A stretch of 61,743 bases of DNA, counting the filler, from Nemertoderma westbladi (lineage: Eukaryota > Animalia > Xenacoelomorpha): the NCBI GenBank assembly GCA_032718475.1. It is 3 parts of 3 records of this genome, joined end to end, with 100 filler letters (N's around TTAATTAATTAA, not from the genome) between each part and the next. Parts side by side here need not be neighbours in the genome. Positions count along the whole stretch, not along the records: positions 27,264 to 55,134 come from JAUCBJ010003799.1; 2 more parts are not named here. One strand, given 5' to 3'. Shown one piece after another: positions 39,340 to 52,751 of this stretch. Each line of letters starts with the position of its first letter. Within the stretch, counting starts at the first letter, position 1. The notes under the pieces are model-generated. The model was not told where the DNA came from, did no database searches, and saw only the letters and a program-made list of their open reading frames with translations. The translations under genes were made by a program, and so were the position numbers.

Positions 39340-39345
39340 AATAAA
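39340..39345 (+). promoter_or_regulatory. Candidate polyadenylation signal of SUMF1
   Basis: AATAAA immediately after the stop codon. Confidence 0.4.
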
Positions 39346-41551
39346 CAATTTATTCGCATCATTTTTTTTCGAATTTAATTTAAATCTGTGATTTTTCGTG
39401 TATTAATCGCCTGTGAATTTTATAACTTACAGTTCATGCCATTTGTGCTATAATCTAGGATCTTTATAAGACCCACTGTTTACTTTATAAGATGCCTATT
39501 ATATAATGTCCGAAATAAATTAAATAAATAGTTTATATATTTATATTCCCCTGAAATACGAATTTGTCCAAATATGACTGACTGACTGACTGATAATAAT
39601 CCAGGTTCAGGCACTTCCTGCCTGGCGATTTTGATGAAATTTTTCAGGTACTTGCTTTGGTGGTTCAAAATCGCGTTACAAAATTTCAGATCGATTCTAT
39701 GTGTGGTATTCGATATATTTCGTTTTTGGGATTATTTTCTTGCGAAATTAAAAGCAATGGTAAAAATAACAGCTGGTGTTTACGATGAAATATGGCTTAA
39801 TATGTCAGAGTTATACGTATAAAGCGTGTTGGTTGCCAAGTTTTACTAGTAGGCTATAAGGAAAGGCAATGTTTACTCACACATAAGCTGTGGGTTTCTA
39901 ATGTATTACCCCATAAGCTGATTGCTCTCCCAGTGCTTCCTAAGGGTAGATCTACAATAAGGAAACTAACTTTATTATTTGGCTCTATTCGTTGTTATTT
40001 ATCTGGTTGTGCATCATCATGGGCATTTTTTTATAAATATTCGGTAATCTTATATCTTGTAAACGTGCTTGATAATGAAATTATTTGCTTCATATCATAT
40101 TTTTGTTAGTGGTAGCTAAGTTGCATTTTTTATTATGTGGGGCGAGCCACAAAGTCTGCTAGTAAAATATAACATAATGGTTATACCCATATATTTACTT
40201 TCAGTTTCAATGTATCACTCCTGCCTATATAGCGATTAATACTGTAGAGATTAATGTGTAGATTTACTGTCAGGGTCTTATTATTTTTGACTTCACAATT
40301 TATATAATTATTCCTAATAATTTTTATTTGACCAAATTAATCCTGAGACCAAATCTGTTGCACTTGTTTTTCTTCACTTTGGCTTAGTTTTTATCATTGT
40401 TAACGTTGTTCACTGACATTATGGGTTCACTAATATTCAGTCAAACCTGCCGCCGATTTAATAAATTACATAACCCTTGATACATTTGCCTAACGTTAGG
40501 TGCCCGTGCCCGCGCCCGTGCCCGTGCCCGCTTAATACACATATACGTTATCTCATGGCAGGAGTAATACATTGATACTTCTATGTATTTATAATGAAAA
40601 TCAATATGAATTAATGAATTCATTATAGAGTAAATAGCTAATAAGCACAGAGGCGTGGATTAATTGTCTTATAACGCCCCAATAATTATCTCCATTATCA
40701 ATACCGGTTTCTTTGAGCAGATGTTTTTGTAAAATGTTTAGTGACAACCCAAGTTTCCTCTCACCCAACCAGCTGCCACAGAAACCGAGATCTTCACATA
40801 AGTTCTGGTTTATCGATAATTCTCATCCGTCATTTTGGCAATACGATAGTGTGAACAAGATTGTATAATTAATGCACATTAAGAGCCCAAAAGTGGCCTC
40901 AGAGCAGCACAGGATCTATAAGACTATTACGTCAATATAATATGAACGCAAAAATATATCGAATTTGTCTAAAAAACTGTCTGAATTATTTTTATTTGCA
41001 CCGGGAAAGATTGACGTTATTTCTAAAGTAGCAGTTAATGTCAGCCGAGAAATCGACCTACTTTAAGTAAAAAAATCCTTCAAAAAATCGTCTGTCCTAA
41101 TTAATATTGCAGGATTTACGATGGATCGTGACTTCCAGGGCCACTCCCTCCTACCTACGGGCCAAACGAGATGGAAGTGGGAGGGTACGCCTACCGGTAA
41201 GCGGTAAGCAACAAACGGTAACTCCAGAATCCATTAAGATCCGTCTCTAATGATTTATTTATAGGTTTAATCAGTCAGTAAATTATTATTGATCGAGAGA
41301 ATAAAAACAGCCGGGACGTTGTATCTCATCGAGAGAATAAAAACAGCCGGGACGTTGTATCTCATAGAAGTTCCTATTTTCTTTGGCGACTTCCTAATTA
41401 TCTCGAGACTCTAAAACTAATGATAATACTAAATGACAGTAGAATTATTCTACGGCAGGAGTTTTTGTTTCGTCTATAGTGAGGCGCAGATATTATAATA
41501 ATTATGTATTTTCTTCACGCGTGCATTCTAGTATGGTATAGTTTGAAGGGT

Positions 41552-42160
41552 TACTACTACTACTAGGTCGAGCGAACTCGGACAGTGGATATGAGACCCT
41601 TCCAGGCTTCCCGATTCTCCAACTACTACTAGGTCGAGCGAACTCGGACAGTGGAAATGAGATCCTTCCAGGCTTCCCGATTCTCCATAGTTGTCGCAAT
41701 TTCGTTTCTCCTAAGGTCAGTATCCCTTTCAAGTTGATCTATATATGCTATGGCCGGTCGTCCACGACTACGCTTTCCATGAGTTGGTTGCCAGAGAAGT
41801 AGATCTGGTATGACCTCGTCTTTACTTCGCCAGCAGTGCCCACTGAATCTTAATCTGCGTTCACGGATGGTGGTTGATACAGGTGGTATTGTACCATAAA
41901 GCTCGGCGTTTGTCATGTGTTGTCTCCAGCTGATGTTTAGGGCTGCCCTTAGTAGTCTTGTGTAGCAACCATCAATTCGTTGTTCAAGTGATTTAGTCAG
42001 TGTCCAGGTCTCACCCCCGTATAAAAATACACTTTCCACTGTGGCTCGAAAGAACTTAGTCTTCAGGTGCCTGGAGAGATCTGATTTCCAGATGGTATCC
42101 ATTTTTGATAGAGCTACCCAAGCGTTTGCTTTCCTAACTTCTATGTCCTTTTTGCTACTC
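41552..42160 (-). mobile_element. RTE-like LINE, 5'-truncated, with an extra short 3'-end copy in tandem
   Basis: Near-identical to the 36958 copy; two (TAG)n tails; near-TSD ttgaagggtt / ttgaatggtt. Confidence 0.88.
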
Positions 42161-44010
42161 TACTTGAATGGTTAGAAAATATAATTTACTACAATCTTTT
42201 TGAAAATTTCATTTCGCCCATTAATAAAATAATATAATGCATCAGTATGACTTTATAAGTCGATGCTACATGCTGAGAAGAGCGAGAGGTGGGCAGTTAG
42301 GCCGCGGCTCAAAGAAGCTAAGGCGGGCACCAATTTGTGGAGTAAATAGTCGACTTGCTAGGTCTATTGAGGACTAGCTTGTATCGCTTAAACACTACTG
42401 TGTGGTGCGGAGGGGGGGGGGGGGGGGTGGGGGGTGGCATTACGCAATGAAAATGTAACCATAATATGGGAAAATCGACACAATAACAGTAAATGACGAT
42501 AAAATTTTTTTTTTTTTTTTTGAACTTTATTGACTTTCGTGTATTGTATTTTTTTTAATAAAGTAACCTGATCCTTGCCCTTCATTGATGATTTAACATT
42601 GAGACAAATTCGTTGTTATGGGATTTGAGTAAATTCCCCCCTACCTACCCCTCCATCCTGTTTTCTATAAAGTAAGCGCACCATATTGAATCACTTCCTC
42701 TTCCGACCCTTATAACTCCATACATAAAACCCCTACCAATTTCTTCCCCTAATTCTTCCGTTAAAATCCATCAGAATTAAATAGAATCTCCTATCGAACT
42801 TTAAATACGAAACTCACTGAACAGCTAATCTTCCGCCGAAATCTAACGGCGACGAAATTTAAAATACACCTAAGTGATAAGCCGGTTCGACGCTGATAGC
42901 TGAAAGTCGAGCTAATTGGCCACTTACTGACTGTGTGGTTAGGGTCCCCCCCCCCCCCCCCCCCCCCCCTAACGTACAGTGTACCACAGAGGCTTAACGT
43001 ACTATGAGTAATTGGCCATAAATTCAGCCAAGTATCGTTTTCCCTTGCGGCTAATATTTGTTCATAAACTTGTTAGCGTTTTATATCGCTGTGCCTATTA
43101 ATAACTCCATCGAAAAACACAAAGTGCCGAATGTTGCCGACTTTATTACTAATGTTGCCCACTTTATTAATAATGTATTGTTGTTGGTCAGTTAGCAAGC
43201 TACGGTATGTAGGCCTATTAGTATTAGTATAGGCCTACTGTAAGAATGGTGCATTGTTTAGCGTAATGTGTCTTAACTAATTAATTAAAATTAATAAGTA
43301 CATACACGTTTATGGGGCCTTCGCGCAGAATGAAGTGAGCAAAGCCTTAGCAAATGCTCCATTAACGAATTTTCTGTTGTTAGTCAGAAGTCGTCAATAC
43401 AATACTCGTCTCCTTCATTTGCCTCGTTGCGTTCGTTTGTTTTACTAAACTTCAGATTATTTCTAAACTTTTGACGGACTATACACACGTACAAAGTTTC
43501 GTTTAATTTCATCAAGGAATAACCGAGTTATTAGTGATCAAAAATTTATGACGACATACAACGATGACAGACAACTCGTTAATGGCACCCATATGCAAAG
43601 GCTTCGCTCACTTCGTGGCTCGTCCCACAAAACGAATTAGTGAAATGATGAACATTGCTTTCTAATTTTTTCATTATCAACTTTTTGTTCCTTTATTCTG
43701 ATATTGTGATTAGTGGTAATAATATTACTGTATGTTAGCCGATGTGTTTTCGAGGTGTTGGTTATTAAATATTTATTATCCTGTAGGAACTAATTTATAA
43801 ATTACGCGATTCCTAAATTTGTACACTACCCGGTTAAAAAGTACGTATGTGAAGGGATTAGTCATACAATTGCAGCAATAAAAGATTAGTTATTTTCGGT
43901 AAAATAAACTTATAATTCGAGCTTAAGACACCTAGAACAGTTCCTATAATAGATATTGATTAGGTTATGACCTACTTCTGTATAAAATGTTATAATGGGT
44001 CATGATTGGG

Positions 44011-44080
44011 TCCCATCTCGGTGTAGTGGTTGCATTGAATCTCTCCGGAGGTCGCGGGGTCGATCCCCGCATGGGGGCCA
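44011..44080 (+). pseudogene. tRNA-like remnant (SINE head or tRNA pseudogene) ending in CCA
   Basis: tcccat / atgggg acceptor-like pairing, cggtgtagtgg A box, T arm gcggggtcgatccccgc; anticodon arm degenerate. Confidence 0.55.
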
Positions 44081-44084
44081 GGGC

Positions 44085-44190
44085 AGTATGCTGCAACTAA
44101 GCTGAACATACGAGGTCGGGAGATTGAATCGAAGGGCTTAAAGAAATCAACAAAGATAATAGCCAGTTGTCTGTCTTTTGGTAACCTACG
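44085..44190 (-). mobile_element. RTE-like RT fragment
   Basis: KDRQLAIIFVDFFKPFDSISRPRMF matches the 50189-51322 element; related 3' fragment at ~44440-44670 (+). Confidence 0.6.
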
Positions 44191-46033
44191 CTGACCAATC
44201 GACGGTCCGATTGATAACATCTCAATTACTATATTTCGGTTCGAAGTAGAAGGTTCGTCATATAAGATGGTAATTAGGCAATTATTGTCTGCAGTTTTAG
44301 AATTCTCGTTACCTCAGAATACAGAGAGTTATATTGATAATTGTGACATTGGAACATTCCTATCTATAATAATGGTTATGCTGCATTGCAGCTGAATTAA
44401 GAACAATTAAGATTGATAAGAGATTATCGATAATATTATTGCGCCGCCACAACTCCCTATCCCCCATGACTTTCGCGAGGTTATCCGCGTCATCACTTAT
44501 TGTGCTTTGGCACCGTCATGGAGCGAATAAGCATGGTGGACAGCCCATGACTTTCTTGAGACGCATCTTAAAGGACACTGGCCTTGAAGATGCGGATGAT
44601 CTAGCAAATGTCATGGGTGATAGGGAGTTGTGGCGGTGCAATTTTGTCGGCAAGCCGGCTCAGCATTCTTAATATAAACTCGATAATGAGTCAGAACCCG
44701 ATCATGTCATATGAACTCTAGGCCGACACCATTGAACTCTAGGCCGAGTCATATTATTTAGGACCATACCTTTTATATATATAAAATCGTTTACTACTAT
44801 ATAGTTCCCTACGTGGAACAAGGCAATAACAAGATTTGTCGCGTTTGTGTGAAAGAAATTTAATTTTATAATTACAATTTATGAATTACCTCTGGGAAAA
44901 GAGATTTAATTAATTATTGTGCGGTGTATTTAATTAACTTCAAACAGAAACCGCGTATATTTTTTGGTCAACATTTTTGCAGACCCCAGAAACTCATGCT
45001 GTACAGTTATTTTTTTTAGGACAAAAAACTATATTTAAAAAAAATCTTAGCTCAAAATCTTCTCTTTTATGACCAATTTTTTTTCAAAATTTGCCATGGG
45101 GTGTGTAATTGCCTACCATTTAAGGATGTAAGTTTGGGATGAAAAATTGGTTGTTATTCAATCTATGCAACCGCTACTCCACGGTGAAACTTTTAAATCT
45201 ATTTCAGATCAGAATTTTGCAGTATTTTATATATAACCATATTAATACTGTATAATATTTTAAACCATATATGATAATGATATATTACAGTATAACTATA
45301 AACAGACCCTTCTGTACTTACATCCATGAAGGGGAAAGGTTAATTATTGAAAAATACGCCAACAATTAAATAGCGCGCAATCTCATTATCAACGCCCAAA
45401 ATATTTTTAGTTTGAAAAAATATTTACCTGCGACTGACAAATGGTATTCATTAAAACGCTATGTGTGCCACGCCCTGCCTCTGTAAGACATAGAATGTCA
45501 CCCACCTTAACTGTATTATACAGTAGCTGATACAGTACACAACAGCTATAAATGTGTTTGATGTTATTAATTATGAAACTCTACCCATCTCCCCCCCCCC
45601 CCCCCCCCACCCCTCTCCCCCCCCCCCCCCTCTCCCTCTCCGTACTGGCAAATAAACGATTAATTTGACAACTTGGCCGGAATAATTGAGTTTGTGGTTT
45701 TCCAATTCTCAATCGCGTTTATCGACAGAGATATCTCCAGCCCAGCACTGCGCGAGTCGCTGCTTTACTGCGTCGTTATTTCCAAACTTAATTACGTGTC
45801 AGAGTTTAAACGAGAGGTTAGGTCAATAAAAAAAAAGTGTTGCTGATGAACTTTAGAGTTTATTGGTGGAGGGAAATGTGGGGGGGGGGGGGGGGGGGGG
45901 TGATACATTGTGTCCGAACGGTGAGTATAATTAATCATTAAAGCCATCGCTTGCAATCCTACTGTATTAGAGCACTTTATATTATGAAGAGGCGGTAAAA
46001 ATATAAAATTATCGTTTATAATACCGATGTAAT

Positions 46034-47602
46034 GAATGGGAGAATCATTTATGCTAGTTAAGCCAAGGAATACCTGTTCACCACCATGAGTGATCTTCCA
46101 CAGTAAACCCTTCCTCTCTGTTTCCTAAAGGAATACCTGTTCACCACGGGTGATCTTCCACAGTAAACCCTTCCACTCTGTTTCCTAAAGGAATGCCTGT
46201 TCACCACCATGGGTGATCTTCCACAGTAAACCCTTCCACTCTGTTTCCTAAAGGAATGCCTGTTCACCATCATGGGGGATCTTCCACAGTCCACCCTTCC
46301 ACTCTGTTTCCTTAAGGAATACCTGTTCACCACCATGGGTGATCTTCCACAGTAAACCCTTCCACTCTGTTTCCTAAAGGAATGCCTGTTCACCATCATG
46401 GGGGATCTTCCACAGTCCACCCTTCCACTCTGTTTCCTTAAGGAATACCTGTTCACCACCATGGGTGATCTTCCACAGTCCACCCTTCCACTCTGTTTCC
46501 TTAAGGAATACCTGTTCACCACCATGGGTGATCTTCCACAGTAAACCCTTCCACTCTGTTTCCTTAAGGAATACCTGTTCACCACGGGTGATCTTCCACA
46601 GTAAACCCTTCCACTCTGTTTCCTAAAGGAATGCCTGTTCACCACCATGAGTGATCTTCCTCAGTAAACCCTTCCACTCTGTTTCCTTAAGGAATGCCTG
46701 TTCACCACCATGGGTAATCTTCCTCAGTAAACCCTTCCACTCTATTTCCTAAAGGAATGCCTGTTCACCACCATGAGTGATCTTCCTCAGTAAACCCTTC
46801 CACTCTGTTTCCTAAAGGAATGCCTGTTCACCACCATGAGTGATCTTCCACAGTAAACCCTTCCACTCTATTTCCTAAAGGAATGCCTGTTCACCACCAT
46901 GAGTGATCTTCCACAGTAAACCCTTCCACTCTATTTCCTAAAGGAATGCCTGTTCACCACCATGAGTGATCTTCCTCAGTAAACCCTTCCACTCTGTTTC
47001 CTAAAGGATTGCCTGTTCACCACCATGAGTGATCTTACACAGTAAACCCTTCCACTCTATTTCCTAAAGGAATGCCTGTTCACCACCATGAGTGATCTTC
47101 CTCAGTAAACCCTTCCACTCTGTTTCCTTAAGGAATGCCTGTTCACCACCATGGGTGATCTTCCACAGTAAACCCTTCCACTCTGTTTCCTAAAGGAATG
47201 ACTGTTCACCACCATGGGTAATCTTCCACAGTAAACCCTTCCACTCTATTTCCTAAAGGAATGCCTGTTCACCACCATGAGTGATCTTCCTCAGTAAACC
47301 CTTCCACTCTGTTTCCTTAAGGAATGCCTATTCACCACCATGGGTGATCTTCCACAGTAAACCCTTCCACTCTATTTCCTAAAGGAATGCCTGTTCACTA
47401 CCATGGGTGATCTTCCACAGTAAACCATTCCACTCTGTTTCCCAAGTTGCCTTGGTTCCCATTTATCGACCACTGAAGGATGAAAGCCGGGGTTGGGCTA
47501 GGCTGCAGCATTTAAAGCACTGTGCCCAAACAGTGCTGCCCCATCTAGGGATCGAACCCGGGCTCCCTAATCGGAAGCACAGTAATCCACTAGACCAAGC
47601 TG
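46034..47602 (-). mobile_element. tRNA-derived SINE with internal tandem expansion
   Basis: Minus strand: A box tggtctagtgg, B box ggttcgatccc, ggctttcatccttcagtggtcgataaat core as in the 759-994 SINE; perfect 13-bp TSD ataccgatgtaat (46021-46033, 47603-47615). Confidence 0.85.
46065..47442. repeat. 63-bp minisatellite (~22 copies) inside the SINE
   Basis: Unit aaggaatgcctgttcaccaccatgggtgatcttccacagtaaacccttccactctgtttccta. Confidence 0.93.
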
Positions 47603-48291
47603 ATACCGATGTAATCCTAATGTATTAAATATAACTGGTAATTTATACAGCGGTTTTATAAATTATTTATTGTTTTTTTCCTGGCTGAGTATTTTGTCCA
47701 GGTGTTCGTGAATTTGGGGGGGGGGGGGGGGGGGGGTTGAGGGGTAGGTGGATGGATGCTGGGCCACTGAGGTGAAGTATATTCTGGGTCTCTCCTGTCT
47801 GAATTCTACCATTTGTCCTTATACTACTGTATAGTGATTTCATTTCGCACTTCATAGCTAATAATATAATCTGACCCTATTGGGACTCATCCAGGTACCT
47901 AGGATCCAAAGTTCCGCTTTTTTTTTAATTTCCAGAATATCCACGTTTAGCCTTCACATTTGAATGCTAGAAAGTTAGAAAACTTTTATGCGTAAATTCT
48001 GAACGATGGATCAGTGAAAGATACGTAAAACCAAGGTTGTTGCGATTAAAAAGATATTTAGTTACTACAGTAGACAGACATCTAGGCTACTATTTCTAGG
48101 CTTAATATAATACAATAACAGCTTTATAAAACAACTCTTCCTACCTGATATATCATCTGTAATATAACTCCACCATTCTGGCCAATCTGTATCTCTCCCC
48201 CCTGGATAAAGAGTACTGGTAGTGATATCTTCACCATCTGCAACAACAATATAATCAGGTCTAGAAAGTTAGTGATTTCAAATGTATTAGT

Positions 48292-50200
48292 TTATTCATG
48301 AATGTTCGCGCTTTGCGTTATTACCATACCAGTATATAAACCCTTTGCGTTATTACATCTAATTGTATCAGTTAAGTTAATAAGGCAGGTGTCTGTAGAA
48401 TATGATTTACGAAAACCGGACTGAAGTTCATAGATCAGATTTAGCCTACTAAGATGTGCCTCCAGCTGTAGAAAAACAGAACGTTCTAGAATTTTAGATA
48501 CAATACTTAAGATACTAACAGGTCTGTAATTACAGGGTTCTACTTTACTATTCTTTTTATACAGAGGAACAACCTTAGCTAATTTCAGTTCGTCTGGTAC
48601 TACATTATCTACGATAGAGTAATTAATAATAAAAGTAATAGGCACTTTAAGTACTTCAGCACCATCCTTAAGAAAACGGGCAGGTATTAGGTCTAGACCG
48701 GTACTTTTTGAGGCTGATAGGCTAAGTAGATTTTGAAAAACGAAATCCTCAGAAACGGGTTTTAAAAATAACTTTTCTGAATTTTGTAACTTTTCTAAAT
48801 AAAAATTATTTAGAGTTTCGGACCCTATACTATATTTATTACTTGATAACGGTAACTTCTTAACTAAATTAGAGGCAACATTAGTAAAATAATTATTAAA
48901 TAAATTACTAACTAGAGTATGATCATGAATCAGCTCACCGTTATCTTTCAGAACAATATTCGATTTAGATTTAAGGTTTTTATAACCTAAAGATTTTAGG
49001 GTAGACCATAGACTTTTAGGATTATCTTTATTCTCATTTATTTTGTTGTACAAATATTCAGATTTAGCTTTTTTTATTTCCCGTTGGACAAGGTTTCTAT
49101 ATTTGCAGTAATTATTATAATCAGCTAAAACACGGTATTTCCTAAATTTATACAAATAGTTATCTCTTTCTCTGATATTACTAAGAATACCCGAGGTCAT
49201 CCAGGGCTCAGTGCGTTGTTTAAGACTAATTTATTTAATTGGTGCTACAGTATTAAATGCCTTTAGAAATATATCTTTAAAAACAGTGTACGCAAGGTTA
49301 ATGTCACCGGTTCCCAGTCAAAATTAACTAATAAACTTAAAAAGCGTTCCTTGTTGTAATTTTTCATAGACCTAACTGTTACTGTTTTATGGTCCCCGAA
49401 AAAATATTTTTGGGTCTTTCTTGTGCAAAAAACTATAAAATGATCGCTTAGACCTATAGGTAAAACCCCAGATTGAGAAATAATATCGGTATTATTACAA
49501 AGGATGTGATCTAGTAAAGTAGAAGTTTTACTGGTAATTCTGGTAGAATCTCGAATAATTTGTTTTAAACCAAACAAATTTAAAATACTTTGGTACTGTT
49601 TACATATGGGGGATGCTTTGTGATGGTAACAGATATTAAAATCACCTAAGAAATATATTACACAGTCTGACCTAAGATTACATAAAATTGTATTTTCAAA
49701 ATTTTGCAAAAAATCCGATTGTTTAGGGGGTCGATATAAAGTACCGAAAAAAATAGGTTTAGTTTTTAGGAAGAAAAAGTTCCACCAGTAAAACTTCGTC
49801 ACAAGTCTCTAAATCTTCCCTACGATTAAAAGCTAAATCATATCGAATGTAAGTACAGACACCACCACCGTGTCTGTCCCTATCCTTACGTAAAACTACG
49901 TAATTATCAATATAAATTTCTCCATCAGAAACGCTATCATCGAGCCAAGTTTCAGAGATTGTTAAAACTGCTGGGTTGGATTTATTGATTAAAATACGAA
50001 TTTCGGAAAGTTTGGGAAGCAGAGATCTTGCATTTAAATGCAAAAAATTCAGACCTTTTTTCCTAAAAAATTTAAAAGTTTCACTCTCAGCATCACTTGG
50101 AGTTTGCAGAGACGATGTGAGGAATGAATCGTCGGTTTCTGTTTCTAAAATAGTATCATGAAAGGGAAGTTCGGTAAAAATACAGCTATTGCAGAGAAAA
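48292..50200 (-). mobile_element. CR1-like LINE ORF2 (APE endonuclease + RT N-terminus), frameshifted and 3'-truncated
   Basis: HLNARSL, ISETWL, RKDRDRHGGGV, YRPP, LGDFN, LDHI, SDH, NYRPVSIL, QSGFRKSYST. Confidence 0.92.
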
Positions 50201-51400
50201 CTTGGCACAAGATTGTTTCTGGTGGAGAATAAATTAATGATGGTTGATGCCATCAATGATGCTGACAACAGTAGGCAATCATCCCAGGCATGGAAATCGA
50301 TCAACTTGCTTACTGGGCGGAAAAGCCAACCAACCACCAAGGATAAGGCTGAATCACCAGCCGATCGCCTCAATGGTTGGAAGGCCCACTTTGAAAAGCT
50401 CCTCAATAATGACAGGGTATTGCCTGATAACTTTATAGAAGTAAAAGTGTCTGAGTCTGTACTCCCAGATATTCCCATTGGCGATATCTCCTTTGCAGAA
50501 GTGAAGGCTGCTACAAAGAGCATTAAGACCAATTGTACCAGTGGAGTAGATGGTGCTCCCCCTAAGGTCTTTAAAATACCTGAGTGTTTAAAGCTCATCT
50601 ATCCCATCATAGTAGACGTGTACAGAACAACAAGAGTCCCACAAGAAATGAAAACAAATAGGTTGGTGCCAGTTCTCAAGAAGGGCAACCTAACACTCTA
50701 TGGTTCTTTTCGGGGAATCTCATTAATCTCGATTGCTGCAAAGCTATACAATAGAATTCTATTAAATCGCATCAGGGATTCCATTGAGAGACTGCTCCGT
50801 GGAAATCGGAATGGGTTCCGTAAAGGTCGTGGGACCATGGAGCCCATTTTGGCACTTAGAAGGATAATTGAAGAGTTATCAAAAAAGAAAGACAGGCATC
50901 TGGCTGTTATCTTTGTTGACTTCTTCAAGGCCTTTGATTCAGTCTCTCGCTCACGTATGTTCAGCATACTTTCATTATATGGGATTCCTGACGAAATGAT
51001 TGCAGCAATCAGATCAGTATGCGATGGTTCGACAACATTTGTGTCTACTGTTGATGGTGACACAGAACCATTTGAAGTATTATGGGGAGTCCTCCAAGGA
51101 GAGACATTTGCGCCATTCTTGTTCATAATTGTGGTTGACTATGTTCTACGCATGTCCTTAGATCATCATAATGATGATGGGGTGATGGTAACTCCACCTA
51201 CTGGCTCCAGAAGTCGAGGAAATCCTGCCAAGTACCTAACTGATCTAGACTTTGCTGATGACTTAGGAGTACTCTCAAAATCACTAGAGGGAGCCCAACG
51301 GCTCCTCAGCTCCTTAGAATAGGCTGGTTCTAGTGTTGGTCTTTTTATTAACTCCAAAAAGACCAAAATTTTCACAGTTAACTTTGAAAGTCCTCAGAAA
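50200..51400 (+). mobile_element. RTE-like LINE RT fragment
   Basis: KKGNLT..FRGISL, NGFRKGR, FVDFFKAFDSV, GVLQG, DLDFADDL; premature stop at 51320. Confidence 0.9.
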
Positions 51401-51516
51401 GTCTCTGAACGGATGAGCATAAGCTCAATATAAACCCGACTTTATTGTACTAATGATCTCTTAAGCTATTTCGAGTACACTAGATTGATTTCGTAGCTTG
51501 ACACGATTGGCGACAA

Positions 51517-51795
51517 CTACCGCCACTGCTTCGGCACCGCTCCCCGTGTTGGATGGCTTTTCGTAGTAGCTGCGTCTATTTTCTCGTCGATCTTACCATT
51601 TAATTCAGCATATAGGTCTTCCTTAATTTTCTTCACAAGGACTTCATTGTTATCCTGTAGTACGGACGTTAGTGTTTCTAAACTGATTTCAGAATCTTCC
51701 TGAGTTCCGGCGAAGCTACCGCTTCGCACGATTGCTTCCGCAAGTTTATCTTTGTTGTATTTCCTGAGTAGCTGTTCTCGTGACATTTGTTTCAT
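51517..51795 (-). other. Possible LINE ORF1 coiled-coil fragment
   Basis: 92-aa ORF with heptad-like charged segment (LVKKIKEDLYAELNGKIDEKID), oriented like the CR1-like ORF2 nearby; no diagnostic motif. Confidence 0.3.
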
Positions 51796-51864
51796 TATTC
51801 GTATATTAAGACTATCTGTTTCCGGACAATCTCCACTAACTCCAGTTTCACTGTGGGAGTGTGA

Positions 51865-51985
51865 GTGTCAGGGGCTAGTGGCTAGTGGCTGAGCTGGTTA
51901 GCGCTACTGATGATGCCTGTTAGGCCGAAAACGTACGTATAGCGCTGGTTCAACCCCCGATGACGCGCTTTCTCATTTTTTTCCA
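51865..51985 (+). ncRNA. tRNA-like Pol III cassette containing a type I hammerhead ribozyme motif (core 51900-51946)
   Basis: A box tggctgagctgg; stem I agcgcta/tagcgct; CTGATGA; stem II gcct-gtt-aggc; CGAAA(A)C; palindromic gtac loop; GTA cleavage triplet; B box ggttcaacccc; T7 run at 51976-51982. Confidence 0.72.
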
Positions 51986-52267
51986 CTTCTGAACAAACCC
52001 ATAATATTACGATGAGATACTGCTTGACATTTTATTTGTTTAACATCTTAATGTACATAAATAATCGATCCTAGACATGTATTATATTGTACAATATAAA
52101 CTCTCTTTCTCTTTCTAAATTCAATACCGTAAGATATTTTAGATATTTTAGATAAATTTGTGCGTTGTAATCTCACTAGGGGGCGACCCCGTCACGTTAT
52201 CGTGTAAATCCATTTTAATAATAATAATAATAATAATAATTACACCTTTAGTTTTTTAAGGCCTCAT

Positions 52268-52345
52268 ACGGCGCAGTGGCGAAGTTGTTAGAGCGTTGGA
52301 CTTGGTACCGAGTTCAATCCTACTTTCCAGTGAATTATTTTTGGT
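52268..52345 (+). pseudogene. Degenerate tRNA-like/SINE head
   Basis: ggcgcagtggcgaagttgttagagcg..gagttcaatcc A/B-box-like motifs. Confidence 0.4.
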
Positions 52346-52751
52346 AGTAAGATGGGTAGTTCAAGAAGGAGACAGTTCATGCTTTAGTAGACGCGGATTT
52401 CGAGCTTGTTGCGTTAGTAACAACTTGGCCCGTAACTTTTTGAATTTTATCAATAATAATTGAATTTTATTACTCATGTTGTCGAAAGTATTGGGCACAG
52501 TGTGAAGCCGTGCCGAACCTTATGGGTTGAGTGGGTGGAAAAGCAAAGTGTAACAAATAAGTGTTTTATTCCGCTAACAAGTATTGGCGACTTTAACCGA
52601 AAGTAACCGGTAGCTCATAAGTTTCCACGTAAATATACAAACAAGCCAAGGTACCATCTTTGCCAAGTTTTTAGCAACCATGATCCAGGTTTTTAGTAAA
52701 ATTTATTCAGAACTCAAATTTAACTCAAATTTGGTCTAACAGAGTTCAAAT

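Noticed and set aside
46058-46648. 196-aa ORF with 21-aa repeats
   Set aside because: Open only because the SINE-internal unit is 63 bp.
49759-50598. 279-aa ORF as one protein
   Set aside because: Chimeric: the N-terminal part is the antisense of the RTE fragment and only the C-terminal part is CR1 endonuclease.
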